64,000 nt of DNA, from the NCBI GenBank assembly GCA_951406725.2, contig OX597815.1, positions 3,844,001 through 3,908,000 on the forward strand, read 5' to 3'. The notes beneath the pieces were generated by a model. The model was not told where the DNA came from. It searched no databases and was given only the letters and a program-made list of their open reading frames with translations. Both the position numbers and the translations under genes were made by a program. Position 1 is the first letter of the stretch, and each line of letters starts with the position of its first letter. The DNA comes from Octopus vulgaris. Its lineage: Eukaryota. Below, piece by piece: positions 28,115 through 42,266 of this stretch.

Positions 28115-28278
28115 TATCTTTAAGTTATCATATGGCTTTAGTTATAATATGCGTCTGTATGCATGCATGTATGTATATCGATATGTACACACGCTACACG
28201 TACACGTATACACGTACACATTAGTGAGTGCTCACAAACATATACAGAAATATACATATAAAGAAACATACAAGCACA

Positions 28279-28335
<57 letters not shown>

Positions 28336-29489
28336 ATAAACATTAATGAAACTGGAGAAATCATTGGTTTCCTTACCAAAATATATAAGCGATCAGCAGC
28401 GATAGTTTGCGAAGTGAAATATCTGGAGATAATCTGTAACTCTATTAGAAGTCGCGAAGTAATATATTCATTGCTTCTGATAAGACTGTTTCTTTGAGCC
28501 GCTCTCGGATGCCGTCTGAATGCTCTATCTTCCGATCTGACAAACTCTACAAAGACTTTTCCATATTATATTGACGACATATACGTAGCGAGGGTGAAAA
28601 GGTTGAAGAAATCGTGTTGGGCTGTTGTTTTTTTTAGGGAGATTTGTTTTTGTGAAACCAACCGGGTGTGAAACGAGTACGTTTAATGGTGGCTCCTGTT
28701 ATTGTTTCTTGGACTCTATAGTGTTGTATTTTGTTTTTTGTTTTTTTGTTTTTTTGCCAAATAAGCACCAGATAATTAACTACTCTACACTATTTCTTGA
28801 AGGTTTAGGGACCGATTTAAAGTTTTCTCCATTGAATCGTAAATAGATTACTGCTTTCCAAAGGAGACTTCACTCAATTTAGAAGACGATGAAATATTGA
28901 CTTGTCACATAATTTTTATTCCTTTCCAATGTTTTGTGAATTAACACGAAAAATATTTTTATCGTAGAGTTTTATGGGGGCTTTTTGCGCTCCTATTCTT
29001 CCTCTACAAGCTTTGTTTATCGTTTTTGAAAATTGAATAAATTTTATCGCTTTTTAGATATATTACGATGGAGTGCCAAAGAGAAAAGACATTTTCGGCA
29101 ACTCTTTACTCTTTTTTTTTACTCTTTTTACTTGTTTCAGTCATTTGACTGCGGCCATGCTGGAGCACCGCCTTTAGTCGAGCAAATCGATCCCGGGACT
29201 TATTCCTTGTAAGCCCAGTACTTATTCTATTGGTCTCTTTTTTGCCGAACCGCTAAGTGACGGGAACGTATACACACCAGCATCGGTTGTCAAGCAATGC
29301 TAGGGGGACAAACACAGACACACAAACACACACATTCATATATATATACATATATACGACAGGCTTCTTTCAGTTTCCGTCTACCAAATCCACTCACAAG
29401 GCATTGGTCAGCCCGGGGCTATAGCAGAAGACACCTGCCCAAGATGCCACGTTGGTTAGCAAGCTACTTACCACACAGCCACTCCTGCT

Positions 29490-30130
29490 TCTCTTCACTT
29501 TCAATCAAGAGTACAAATCTGCCGAAGCGGTTTTAGAGTCTTTTGTGCCGGGTACGGAGAAGACGCCATTACTGAAAGAACTGCACAGAAATGGTTTTCA
29601 CGTTTCAAGGAGGGGAAATTCGATCTCACAGACTCTCCATTTTCCGGCCAACTTGTTCAGTTCCAGGAGGATCGACTGAATGAGCTCATCCACGAGGGTC
29701 CGCAGTAACCCTCTTGGGAATTGGCCGATCGGATGGGATGTTCCCATGATACTATCATCCGTCACCACTCGATAGGCAATCTAGCTGAAACCACCCGACC
29801 GGCCACACCACTGCTTGTCCCCACACCACCAATTTGACCGAAATTGCTCTTAAATAAGAGCTCGACTGCGAAGTTCTGCCGCGCCCATTATATTGTCTGA
29901 TACTACACCTTCAGATTATAACCTTTTTCACCCATTCCTCAACAGTCTGCCAGGTGTTTCGTTCAACAATGACATGGATCTGAAAATGCAGCTCGATGAA
30001 TTCTTCGAATCGAAACCCGAGGATTTCTATTGTCCAGACATTGACAAACTGGTGGAACGTTGGCAAGAAGTCGAGGGCGATGAAGGAGAATATATCAGGT
30101 CATCATATAAGTTCTGTCCGAATTTTGAAT
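29490..30130 (+). pseudogene. Degenerate mariner (DD34D-type) transposase
   Basis: Frames give TERTAQKWFSRFKEGKFDLTD (HTH region) and PSDYNLFHPFLNSL..FFESKPEDFY..IDKLVERWQEV..EGEYI (mariner C-terminus); stops and deletions present. Confidence 0.85.
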
Positions 30131-30339
30131 AAAGAAAACAAGTGATGAAATGTTATATTTAATTAAAATTTGTACTTTCCCTAATTATCTATGACTTCCT
30201 TCCATCTATTTACAAGCTGTGCAGTACCAACACGAAACCTAATGGTTACTTTTATCTCACTGTGAACCCAACGTTATTGTCACTAACCATTTCTGGATCA
30301 CGCAACTAAATTTCCCCTGTCTCTCTCTCTTTCTCGCTC

Positions 30340-30372
<33 letters not shown>

Positions 30373-30394
30373 TTTATATATGTGTGTGTGTGTG

Positions 30395-30450
<56 letters not shown>

Positions 30451-30484
30451 TATATAAACACACAGAGACACACTCATCTCTCTC

Positions 30485-30565
<81 letters not shown>

Positions 30566-31372
30566 AGGAGTGATAACAAATTCCAGGGATGAAGCTTTGT
30601 TTCATTGTTAGGAACCAACTCCTTCCATCCAGAAAAAAATATAATAAATGGAAAAAAACATCTCAAGACATTCAGTTATCGATTCATACCTACATACATA
30701 CATTCATATACGCATGAAATTATGTATACCTTTTTAGATACAATTTTATATGCATACATACACACCTACATACATACATAATTTTGTACATGCATGCATG
30801 CATGCATACATACATACATAATACATACATACATACATACATACATACATACATACATACATAAGTTCGCAGTGGCGCCGAATTGGTACTAGTTTTGTTT
30901 AGAAATATAAATAATATCGCTAGCAATAGGGAACCTAATGACATCAAAATGAAGAGCCTTATAGTAGACCTGTTGTTAACTTAACAGACTACATTGAAAG
31001 AGAGCTAACAGAAGTTATACATGCGTCTAGCGAACAATCAACATGGCCGCCGTGTTAAACTTTGATACGAGGTTTACGGGAGTTTAAGAGAGAAAAGTTT
31101 GTTGAAGATTACAATGCCAGACAAAAACGATTCTGTTTTGAATAAAATGAAGTCTTTCTGTATTCTTGAAAATATTTTGTTTAAAATAGTTGAATATTTT
31201 GAAAAACAAAATAGTGAATACTGTTGGAAAATTAGATTGTTACGTTATAGCGACTTGTTGAAAGGGTTGTATGTGAGAAATGTGGTGTTTAGTAAAGTTT
31301 GGTAACAAATATAATATTATATTGATTGTTTGTTATCAGTGGCTTTTGGTTGTTGTAATATTCTATCATTTA

Positions 31373-31808
31373 TAAGGCGGCGAGCTGGCAGAAACGCTAG
31401 CACGCCGGGCGAAAATTCTAAACGGTATTTCGTTTGTCTTTACGTTCTGCGTTCAAATTCCGCCGAGGTCGACTTTGCTTCTCATTCTTCCGGAGTCGAT
31501 AAATTAAGTACCAGTTACGCACTGGAGTCGATATAATCGACTTAATCCGTTTGTCTGTCCTTGTTTGTCCCCTCTGTGTGTAGCCCCTTGTGGGCAGTAA
31601 AGAAATAAGAAACGTTAGCACGCCGGGTGAAAATTCTAAGCGGTATTTCGTCTGCCTTTACGTTCTGTGTTCAAATTCCGCCGAGGTCGACTTTGCCTCT
31701 CATTCTTTCGGAGTCGATAAATTAAGTACCAGTTGCGTACTGGAGTCGATCTAATCGACTGGCCCCCTCCCACCAAAATTTCGGGCCTTGTACCTAGTGT
31801 AGGAAAGA
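31373..31808 (+). mobile_element. Tandem dimer of family 2 SINEs with two different 3' tails
   Basis: Two successive head/core units. The first tail is CCCCTTGTGGGCAGTAAAGAAATA; the second is CAAAATTTCGGGCCTTGTACCTAG. Confidence 0.82.
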
Positions 31809-32360
31809 ATATTTTATCATTTATTTTTTTTCTTTCACTTGTTTCAGTCATTAGACTGCGGCCATGCTGGAGCACAGCCTTGAAACCCTCTTAATCAAAT
31901 GGATCGACCCCTGTATTTCCTTTTTCTCTTAAGTCTGGTACTTTTTCTATCTCTTTGTCTGCTCAGTTGACATAAGGAATAACCAGGATAGCTGGAATCT
32001 GAACTCAGAATTCTAGGATAATGTAAGTAAATACTTGCTCGCTTCCACCGACATCGCTTTTGTAATTACAATCGTAACAATAACAGCAAGAATATGGTGA
32101 AGGAAAGCTTTGAAAAATGATTGGCCAAAAGATATCAAGTGACGGAAACGAGCGACGAACATGGTGTAATCTTGTCCATCGCAACAACTTTTGTGTTCGC
32201 TTCTACTCCACTACCTGTTTTATATTGTTTGTAGTGATGCTGTTATTGTTGCTGCAGTTGTGGTGGTGGTGGTGGTCGTCGTCGTCGTCGTTGTGGCGGT
32301 GGTGGTCGTGATGGTATTATTGCTCTACGTATTTTTAATCGCCCGCAGCTCGGCTTTTTG

Positions 32361-32400
<40 letters not shown>

Positions 32401-32596
32401 TTATTTCTTCATTGCCCACAAAGGGCTAAACACGGAGGCGACAAACAAGGACAGACAAACGGATTAAGTCGATTATATCGACCCCAGTGCATAACTGGTA
32501 CTTAGTTTATCGAATGATGAAGACCCCGAAATGATGAAAGGCAAAGTCGACCTCGGCGGAATTTGAACTCAGAACGTAACAGCAGACGAAATAGCG

Positions 32597-32654
<58 letters not shown>

Positions 32655-33075
32655 ATATTCTTTTATTCTTTCAGCCACTTTACTGTGGCCATGCTAGAGC
32701 ACCGCCTTTAGTCGAACAAATCGACCCCAGAACTTATTCTTTGTAAGCCTAGTAGTTATTCTATCGGTTATTTTGCCGAACCTCCAAGTTACGGGGACGT
32801 AAACACACCAACATCGGTTGTCAACCGATGGTGGGGGGGACAAACACAGGTACAAACATGTATATATATATATATATATACACGTCAGGCTTTTTTCAGT
32901 TTTCATCTACTAAATACACTCACAAGGCTTTGGTTGGCTCAGGGCTATAGTAGAAGACAATCGCCTAAGGTGCCACGCAATGGGACTGAACCCGGAACCA
33001 TGTGGTTGGTAAGCAAGCTACTTACCACACAGCCACCCATGTGTGTGTACATGTACACACACATACATACATACA

Positions 33076-33107
<32 letters not shown>

Positions 33108-33295
33108 CGAATGAATATAGCTTTATATGTGTGTACGTATATGTACGACGCATTTTATATGGGTTTTTGTAGTTACTATTATGATTGTCTTCGAATTTTG
33201 GTCGTCAATATAATTGTTGGCGGTGATGTTCATGTTGATATTGTTATTGGTGGTTTTGTTGTTATTATTGGGAGCAAGCTAAACAAAACCATTCG

Positions 33296-33419
33296 TCAGT
33301 GTGATCGTCATAGCAAAATATAATTTGCAGAACTATATACACAAAATGTCCGCATGAGATTGAACAGACATCCCGTGTATAGTTCTGCAAATTATATTTT
33401 GCTATGACGATCACACTGA
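33296..33419. repeat. Perfect 42-bp inverted repeat with a partly paired 40-nt spacer
   Basis: TCAGTGTGATCGTCATAGCAAAATATAATTTGCAGAACTATA at 33296-33337, with its reverse complement at 33378-33419. Confidence 0.92.
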
Positions 33420-33712
33420 GGAGTTGCGGAAATATACGTAAGTGATTACGTATGTGGTGGCAGCGAAACCTGGTTTGTGATTAATTTGTATATTTTGTAT
33501 CTCTTCATTTGTCTTCCTCGCTTACGTTCTGGCGTTTGCTAAGTTTTCTTGAGAACATTCCTTTCTTAGTGGTAATACCATAGTGAGTCGACTTCTAGCC
33601 TAATGGATGTCCACCGAGTGGTCATCCCACTTATACGTATGTATACATGTATATATGTATGTATCTATCTATCTATTCATATATATATTTATATACATAC
33701 ACAGGCATACAA

Positions 33713-33826
<114 letters not shown>

Positions 33827-34251
33827 CCACTTGGAGATGCCGAAGAGAGATAGCACAAGTACTTTCTAAATGAGTTTCTTTTTTTCTTTTTGTTTTTTTT
33901 TGTCTCAAACCCGTCAATATCAGTGACTGAGTTCCGCTCGCAGACGACTTGGTCAGACGAAACACAACGGTCTCCGCGCTAAGGAATAAATGAGCTTCGA
34001 AGTTAGTTAAAATATGTCTGTGAAATATTCCAACCCCTAAAAGCAAATTCGCTGCAGTTATCGGCGGAGAAAAATCTTCTGAGCATATTTGGTATTTTTA
34101 CGCTCTTTTAGCGAGAATTTTTTTTGTCTGCGATAACTTCATCGACCACAGTGCGTAAGAGGTACTTATTTAATCGACACCGAAAGGATGAAAGGCAAAG
34201 TAGACCTCGGTGCAGTTTGAACTCAGAACGTAACGGCAGACGAAATACCGC

Positions 34252-34279
<28 letters not shown>

Positions 34280-34283
<4 letters not shown>

Positions 34284-34550
34284 TAGTTGAATGAATTATC
34301 TTATTAATGATAATTCGAATTAACCGATACCTGGGTAGCAAATTCACATCAGAGCTATGGGCTCCGTGTGAGCAATCATCTAAAAGTTTTTTGTGAATTT
34401 TGATGTTGACATAAGTTCCTTGCTTTTCCTGATGAGAAAGCGGCATAATGTACTCCTTATTCCTTCGCAATTAGGAATATGCAGCCTTCGAAACATATGT
34501 CGAAAATAAAGGAATTTTGTTAATTCGTCGTTCAGCTCCATTCTTTCATA
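34280..34550 (+). mobile_element. Short non-coding (TA)n-embedded element carrying a hammerhead ribozyme (solo PLE terminal repeat or retrozyme-like)
   Basis: (TA)n-GAGTAGTTGAATGAATTATC...TAACCGATACCTGGGTAGCAAATT...HHR...CTCCATTCTTTCAT-(TA)n; four related copies in the window. Confidence 0.75.
34416..34514 (+). ncRNA. Type I hammerhead ribozyme with extended stem II
   Basis: Stem I TTCCTTGCTTTTC/GAAAATAAAGGAA; core CTGATGA at 34429-34435; stem II GAAAGCGGCATA/TATGCAGCCTTC; GAAA; palindromic stem III CATATG; GUC cleavage triplet ending at 34501. Confidence 0.85.
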
Positions 34551-34558
34551 TATTTATA

Positions 34559-34622
<64 letters not shown>

Positions 34623-34647
34623 CATATTACCATTATACGTGTATGAA

Positions 34648-34858
34648 GAGGCGGCGAGCTGGCAGACTCCTCAGCACGCCGGGCGAAATGCTTAGCGATA
34701 TTTCGTCTGCCGCTACATTCTGAGTTCAAATTCCGCCGAGATCTACTTTGCCTTTCATCCTTTCGGGATCGATTAAATAAGTACCAGTTACGCACTGGGG
34801 TCGATGTAATCTCTTCCCTCAAATTTGAGGCCTTGTGCTTCCAGTAGAAAGGATTATT
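34648..34858 (+). mobile_element. SINE family 2
   Basis: Head and core match. Other partial copies at about 32400-32600(-), 34130-34252(-), 36700-36900(-), and a cluster at 36985-37545. Confidence 0.82.
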
Positions 34859-35249
34859 ATGTGTGGATGATGTATACGTTTGGTTGCGTATTTATATATG
34901 TGTTTATAGGCGAGCGTGCGTGCGTTTGCGTATGCGCGCGCGCAGGGCGTGATGAAGAGAGAAAGGAATAGTGGGAGTAGATGGAGTATATTTCTGGTCA
35001 GAGCCCTCCCACGAAAGGGGTTAAACTCGGAGTATCGACGGAGTGAATCATCTGTTTCGAAGGAATAATTATACTCCAAATCATGTATTGAGTACTTTTC
35101 CCATTTGGATATCCAACCCAAGCGCATATATACACGCACACACACACACACACACATGTGCCCGTATATATATATATATATATATATATGCATGCTGAGA
35201 GATTGGCGAACACACACGGATACTTACACACACGCGCGCGCGCACACAC

Positions 35250-35303
<54 letters not shown>

Positions 35304-35308
35304 GTACA

Positions 35309-35384
35309 TAAACTTAGATAAACTTAGATATGTTTCGACCAAAGATTGGTCCAGGCCATGTCTAACTTAATAGCACCACCTGAT
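35309..35384 (-). mobile_element. Extreme 3'-end-only copy of LINE family A
   Basis: Reverse complement of ATCAGGTGGTGCTATTAAGTTAGACATGGCCTGGACCAATC.TTGGTCGAAACA.ATCTAAGTTTATCTAAGTT, with (TA)n on both sides. Confidence 0.88.
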
Positions 35385-35387
35385 GGT

Positions 35388-35490
<103 letters not shown>

Positions 35491-35493
35491 TAT

Positions 35494-35556
<63 letters not shown>

Positions 35557-35780
35557 TGTATATATATATATATATGTATATATATAAATATATACACACG
35601 TAGACATTGTTATATTTCTCTGTATGTATATTTGTGTGCATATGATAATATACATATACATACATACGTGTGTGTGTACAGGCACATGTTTACGTATGTG
35701 TGTTTTTGCGAGTATGTATGTATATATATGCATACATATACATATACATATATAAATATCTTCATATACATATACATATA

Positions 35781-35816
<36 letters not shown>

Positions 35817-35861
35817 TGTATGTATGTATGTATGTATGTATGTATGTGCGTGTGTGTTTGC

Positions 35862-35907
<46 letters not shown>

Positions 35908-37793
35908 GAGGGAATTACTGACAGGCAGAAACAGAGAGAGAGAGAGAGAGGAGGGGGGAGAATAACATTCGGAGAGAAAGATGGAAGATTGAAAGAGAAA
36001 TAAATATACAAGAAATAATATAAAAAAGAAATTAAATAAGGAAGAAAGTGCGAAGGTGGCAGTGTGTATGTGTGTGTGTGGTTGTAGAAGAGAAGGTCGA
36101 AGCAGAAGGCGGTGGTGGGTGGCGGTGGCTGGGGTGGTGAGGGTATGTAATTGTGGAAGTGGAGTCTGAAGTAGAACAAGTGGACTGTGTAAACACGATG
36201 GGTAAATTGACACAGGAAATTCTCAAGTCCGGGTATAACGGACAGGACGGTGTCTAACTCACGTTCCATTCTGTCTATTTGTTAATAATAATGAACAGAA
36301 GTAATGCAGCGGTGACGGTGACGGCGGCGGCGGCGGCGGCGGCGGTGGTGGGGGCCATGGGGGGAACGGAGGGGCGGATTTTGCTGGACGAAATGTTTTG
36401 TCTGATATTGCAACGTCCTTTTTATATGCCCGGTTCAAATCTCGCCTAAGTTGAACTGGACGTGTTACTTTCTAAGGCTCTGGTTTTCAACCGCGGCTCC
36501 CAGTCCCGCATGCGGCCCTCGAGCACCTTTCCGCCGGCAGCCCTCGACGGGTTTCCTTCAATATATATAAATTTTTCTTTTGACTTGAGTTTAATTTTTT
36601 GGGCTGCGAACCCCTAAAAAAAGAACAAAAACCATGTTTTGAATCAGGCCCGGATATTAAAATGGTTGAGAATAACTGCTCTTTTTTTACTTTTGGCAAA
36701 AGGGGCCTGCAATTTTGAGAGGAGGGGTAAGTCGATTACATCGCCCTCCCCTCTTCCCTCCCTGTATTTGACTCATCGCGAAATAATGAACGACAAAATT
36801 GATCTACGCAAAATTTGAACTCAGAACGTAAAGAGCCGGATGAAATGCCACTAAGCATTTTGTCCGGCCTGCGAATGAACCTGTGAGCTTGCCCTCTTAA
36901 ACTTTGTATAATGATGTGTGCCCGTGTGTCTTTATTTATTATCATTTACTCGCGCTAACGATTCTGCTGCCTCATTGTTAATCCAGCATTGGCTTCAAAT
37001 TGCGGCACAAGGCCAACAAGTCGGGCCAAAGGGGTAAGTTTGTTAGAAGGACCCCAGTGCTCAAATGGTAATTATTTTATCGACCCCGAAAGGCAACCTA
37101 GGGCGGAATTTGAACTCAGAAGGTAAAGACGGACGAAATACCAGTAAGCAGTTTGCCCGCTGGGGTCACGTCTTATACTTAACCCAATATTTACAATGGA
37201 TGTGGTATTTCGTCTACCGCTACATTCTGAGTTCAAATTCCGCCGAGGTCGACTTTGCCTTTCATCCTTTCGAGGTCGATAAAGTAAGTACCAGATACAT
37301 ACTGAAGTCGCTCTAATCGACTGGCCCCGTTCCCCAAAGATTTCGGGCCTTGTGCCTTTAGTAGAAAAGAATACCTACAATGGATGGCATGTCGTCCGTC
37401 TTTACATTCTGAGTTCAAATTCCGCCCGAGGTTGACTTCGCCTCTCATCCTTTCGGGGTCAATTAAATAAAGTACCAGTAAAATAATAGGGTCGATATAA
37501 TCGACTAATCCTCATTGCCTTAAATTCCTGGCCTGCTAAAAGTTTAAACAATATTCAGAGTGATTTTGACGAAATCCTAAGACCAGGCGTTCAGAGTTTA
37601 TCAAGTAGACATAGGAACGTTGATTTAATCTAATCATAATTTCCGGAAATGAATGCATGCCACAAATTCCCATTTATTTCTCCATTCACTAAAAAATATA
37701 TGGGTGATTTTGTCTCTAATGAGAAAGAAATAAGACAAAATTTTAATTAGGCAGAAAAATATGAAACATTAATATCATATATGTAAATATGTG

Positions 37794-37859
<66 letters not shown>

Positions 37860-37924
37860 CATACATACATACATACATACATACATACATACATACATAA
37901 TACATATACATACATGTATATATA

Positions 37925-37992
<68 letters not shown>

Positions 37993-38315
37993 AAGAAAGA
38001 AGTAAAGAAAGATGTTTAAAAAATGTTTATAATCCACCACGCAATTTGATATGGACGGTTCGACCCCTTGGTGTCACATGACTTGAAAAAAATGAAAAAA
38101 GTAAAACAAGGGAGAGAGAAAAGTCCAGTTTGAAATTCGAAACCAGATTGCCACTCACCACAGCTTAAATCTGCAGCTTTCTTTTCCTGCTTTTTTTTCT
38201 TTCTAATTTATTTGTTTTCTTTATTTCCGCCTGTCTTTCTCGCGTCTGTCCTTTTGCGCCATCATACCAAAATCAGTGTCCTTGTGTTATGTTACTGGAG
38301 CTTACATCATGTGGA

Positions 38316-38363
<48 letters not shown>

Positions 38364-38445
38364 GCATATATGTATATATATGTGTGTGTGTGTCTGTGTG
38401 TATGTATATATATGTATATGTATATGTATATAATATATATATATG

Positions 38446-38500
<55 letters not shown>

Positions 38501-38541
38501 CAGGCACGTATTATATATGTATATATGTGTGTATACGAGTG

Positions 38542-38577
<36 letters not shown>

Positions 38578-38580
<3 letters not shown>

Positions 38581-38778
38581 TTAATCCAAACAAGAAAGCA
38601 CGAAAAAAACACAACAACGCGAGGACGTGGAACAAATATAGTATTATTGGACGCTCAGGAAAGAAGGAGGGTTTAACGTTTCGAGCGGAGCTCTTCGTCG
38701 GAAACATAGGAGAAGGAAAGATCCAGAGAAGGGAAGACAGGGGAAAAAAAATCGCCAACGGTACACACGAGGTCACAT
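38578..38778 (-). mobile_element. Putative PLE terminal-repeat remnant with a minimal hammerhead (38671-38705)
   Basis: Near copy at 52348-52548. Minus strand reads GTTT-CCGACGA-A-GAGC-TCC-GCTC-GAAA-CG-TT-AAAC. Abuts (TA)n. Confidence 0.65.
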
Positions 38779-38781
38779 ACA

Positions 38782-38845
38782 GAGTGTAGAGGTAAGTATC
38801 CCCGCCTGTCATACGGGAGACCGGAGTTCGATTCCCGCCGAGGAG
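38782..38845 (+). pseudogene. 5'-truncated tRNA-Asp(GTC) pseudogene
   Basis: GGTAAGTATCCCCGCCTGTCATACGGGAGACCGGAGTTCGATTCCCGCCGAGGAG closely follows metazoan tRNA-Asp; the 5' strand of the acceptor stem is missing. Confidence 0.8.
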
Positions 38846-39014
38846 GCTGTGTAGTAAGTAGATTGCTTACCAACCACATGGTTCCAGGTTCAGTTCCACT
38901 GCGTGACAACTTCGGCAAATGCCTTCTACTACACCCTTGGGCCGTCCAAAGCCTTGAGAGTGGATTTGGTAGACGGAAACTGAAAGAAGCCCGTCGTGTA
39001 TAAGTGTGTGTGAG

Positions 39015-39065
<51 letters not shown>

Positions 39066-39636
39066 CATAGCGGTTCGTACAAAAGAACCCGATAGAATAA
39101 GTACTAGACTTACAAAGAATAAGTCCTTGGGTCGATTTGTTCGTCTAAAGGCGGTGCTCTAGCATGGCCGCACTGAAGCGGCAGAAACAAATAAAAGAAT
39201 GTATGTGTGTGTATATGTGTGTGTGTTTGTCTCTGTATGTGTATGTGTGTGTAGGTGCGTGGTTAAATTGTTGCTCTCCCAATTGCATGCTTCTGGTTTC
39301 GATTCCCAGACCAGACGTGCGTTTTATTCTCGAGCAAAGCGCTTCGTTTCGCGTTACCCCCACCCCTTCGCTTAGCTGCAACGGTCTGGTGCTCCGTTTA
39401 GGGGTAATCCTAACCCACCAAACCAGAGGGGGTGGCGTCAATGGAAGGTTACAACAATGCGGAGAAGCGCATTGTGACCAGCGGTGTATGACAACATCCG
39501 AAAATCTGGTCAGCGAGATGGAGGAGGGGTGGAGGAGGAAGAAGAGGAGGCAGAGTAGAATAAAATGAAAATTACAAGGAAGTTGACGACTGAGGCAGAA
39601 GAGGAAAAACCCTGTAAGGAAGGGACAAGACACATG

Positions 39637-39685
39637 CAATGATGATGATGTTGATGTTGATGGCGTCCATGATGATAATGATAAA

Positions 39686-39740
<55 letters not shown>

Positions 39741-39814
39741 GGGATGGCGATGATGATCATGATCATGATGAAGATGATGACGACGATGACGATGATGATG
39801 TTGATGTTGATGTT

Positions 39815-39846
<32 letters not shown>

Positions 39847-39853
39847 GAAGGGA

Positions 39854-39905
<52 letters not shown>

Positions 39906-40165
39906 CGACGATGATGGTGATGATGATGGTGACGATGATGATGAAGGGAATGATGATGATGAGGATGAGGAGGATGAGGATGAGAATGATGAGGATGAGG
40001 ATGATGATGATGATGATGAGGATGATGATGGTGGTGGTGGTGGTGGTGATGATGTTCATGATCATGGTGAAGACGAAGACGACGATGACGATGACGATGA
40101 TGATGATGATGACGATGATGATGATGACGACGACGACGACGATGATGACCATGATGGACATGATG
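39637..40165. repeat. Degenerate (GAT)n microsatellite
   Basis: Directly visible in the sequence. Confidence 0.95.
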
Positions 40166-40835
40166 AAACAGGGGAGGCAGCAATAATAATAACGACCTTT
40201 ACGTTTAGGAGACCATGCAATATAGGAAAGAGTAAGGCAGAAGAGAGAGAGAGGGGGAGAGGAAGGGAGAGAGGGAGAGAGAGGGGACGAGGAGCGCGTG
40301 AAGAGCAATATTATTAATAAAGGATATTGGAAAGATGAGAGGAAATGTAATAAAAACATTTATCATTGGTCGTAGTTGAGGTGATATCACACAGCGCCAC
40401 CATACGGCCGTCCAGCAAAGTAAGGTCATGCAATTCATGGAATTTTTACTGTTTTATGTTGGTCAACATTTAATTAGCCCTGACTAAAGATTAATAAACT
40501 ATAAATTGTCAATCGAACACGGCCAATCATCAACTCCAGTTACTGTCGTGGCGGGCGGCACACGTCCAGCAAATTCACTTCCTGTTTTGGTTCACATTAG
40601 AGGCGCAGGCGTAGCTGTGTGGTAAGAAGTCTGCTTCCCAACCAAATGGTTCTGGATTCAGTCCCACTGCGTGGTACATTCGCAAAGCGTCTTCTACTAT
40701 AGCTTCTGGTCGACTAAAGCTTTGTGAGTGGATTTGGTAGACAGAAACTGAAGTTTATACTTTTTTTAGTGATTAGGTTGTCTTTATTCCTTTTCTATGA
40801 TACTCTACCCTAACTGACTATTTTATTATTATTAT

Positions 40836-41633
40836 TTTTTTTTTCTTCCTTCAAATTTGCTTCCATTTCTTGCCGAGTGTCTTCCCGACTCCTAGGGCAA
40901 AGAAACTCATAGTAGTTGGTAGGCCATTAAACTAAACTCACTAGTTCGTTAATTTCTTCTTTTTTTTAAAGTTAAATTAAAATACATGAGTAGTAATAGT
41001 TCTCACATCGACAATGCTCTTCTCAATACGTGTGATGTACCAGTTCAGACAATCTTTTGCACTTCTTGCAGGGATGGTAAGCCAGGGATCATTCTCATAT
41101 AATTTTCGGTTCCCTTCTTGATCATTCCTAGTGCTCCTACGATCACTGGTATTGTAACCGCCTTGAGATGCCACATTTTCTCAATTTCAATGAGTAGGTC
41201 TTTATATTTTCTGAGCTTGTCAAACTCTTTCGCCGAGATATTATGATCACAGGGGATGCTCATGTCGATCAATAAGCAAACTTTATTATTTTGGTCTTTC
41301 ACAACAATATCTGGTTTATTGGCTTTGATGGTTCGGTCTGTATGTAAAGTCCCACAGAATTGTAACATTTTCTCCTTCAGTTACAGCTTCAGGGTGGTGA
41401 TTATACCACTTGTCGGCAGTTTTGATATTGTAATGCCGACTTATTAGCCAGTGTAGATATTGGCCAACTCTGTCATGTCTTAATTTATACTCCACTGGTG
41501 CTAAGACTTTACATCCAGAGATTAGGTGGTCCACTGTTTCAATCATGTCGTTGCAGAATCGGCATTTTGGGTCTGCTCCGTTTTTCATTACATTGGCCTG
41601 GTAGTTCCGGGTTAATAGGCTTTGGTCTTGAAG
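40836..41633 (-). mobile_element. 5'-truncated R4/Dong-like non-LTR retrotransposon (CCHC finger plus restriction-like endonuclease), frameshifted
   Basis: CRFC..ETVDHLISGC, RHD, KPDIVVKD, LIDMSIP, KLRKYKDL and PVIVGALG motifs; (TAA)n at both ends. Confidence 0.9.
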
Positions 41634-41704
<71 letters not shown>

Positions 41705-41706
<2 letters not shown>

Positions 41707-42266
41707 TGAGTGAGAGATCAGTACATGCCATCAAAGTGACACTGAGTTACAAATATACGAAACCCAGTATACCCGTCATGACTAACCGTCGGATAAGGGT
41801 ACATCAGGCACATCACAATCATATCTGTGCGACATGGTGATCTCATATCAAGATAAACAGCACATGACCTTGCAGGCGGGGGCCCAGTTAGAATTTTCTT
41901 CTGGTCGAGTAACCCATCCTGCTCAAAAGGTCCCTGAATAAGGATTGTTTAAGGATGTTGAACAAAACACCTATGTTTCCAGAGGTGAACCATTCAAACT
42001 CCAAAGAATCCCTCTCAACACATGGCTATGATGCTCCCCCACTACTTCTGCTCGTGATCAGAGATGCACATATCGTCAGCCACTAAGGGACATGCTCAAC
42101 TGGTTAAGGTCAAACAACTGACAAGCAAATCTGTGGTATTGAGCAGAATGTTTGCTGTAGCCCATCTTTTATACCAAGACAAAACAATGTACATGATAAC
42201 ATTTCCAATCAGTTAAGTACTGGTACTGCATCAGGGCATTTATGGTAGCTGTCTGCATCCCAACCA

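Noticed and set aside
39572-40359. His-rich, Met-rich and Ile-rich ORFs
   Set aside because: Translations of the degenerate (GAT)n tract.
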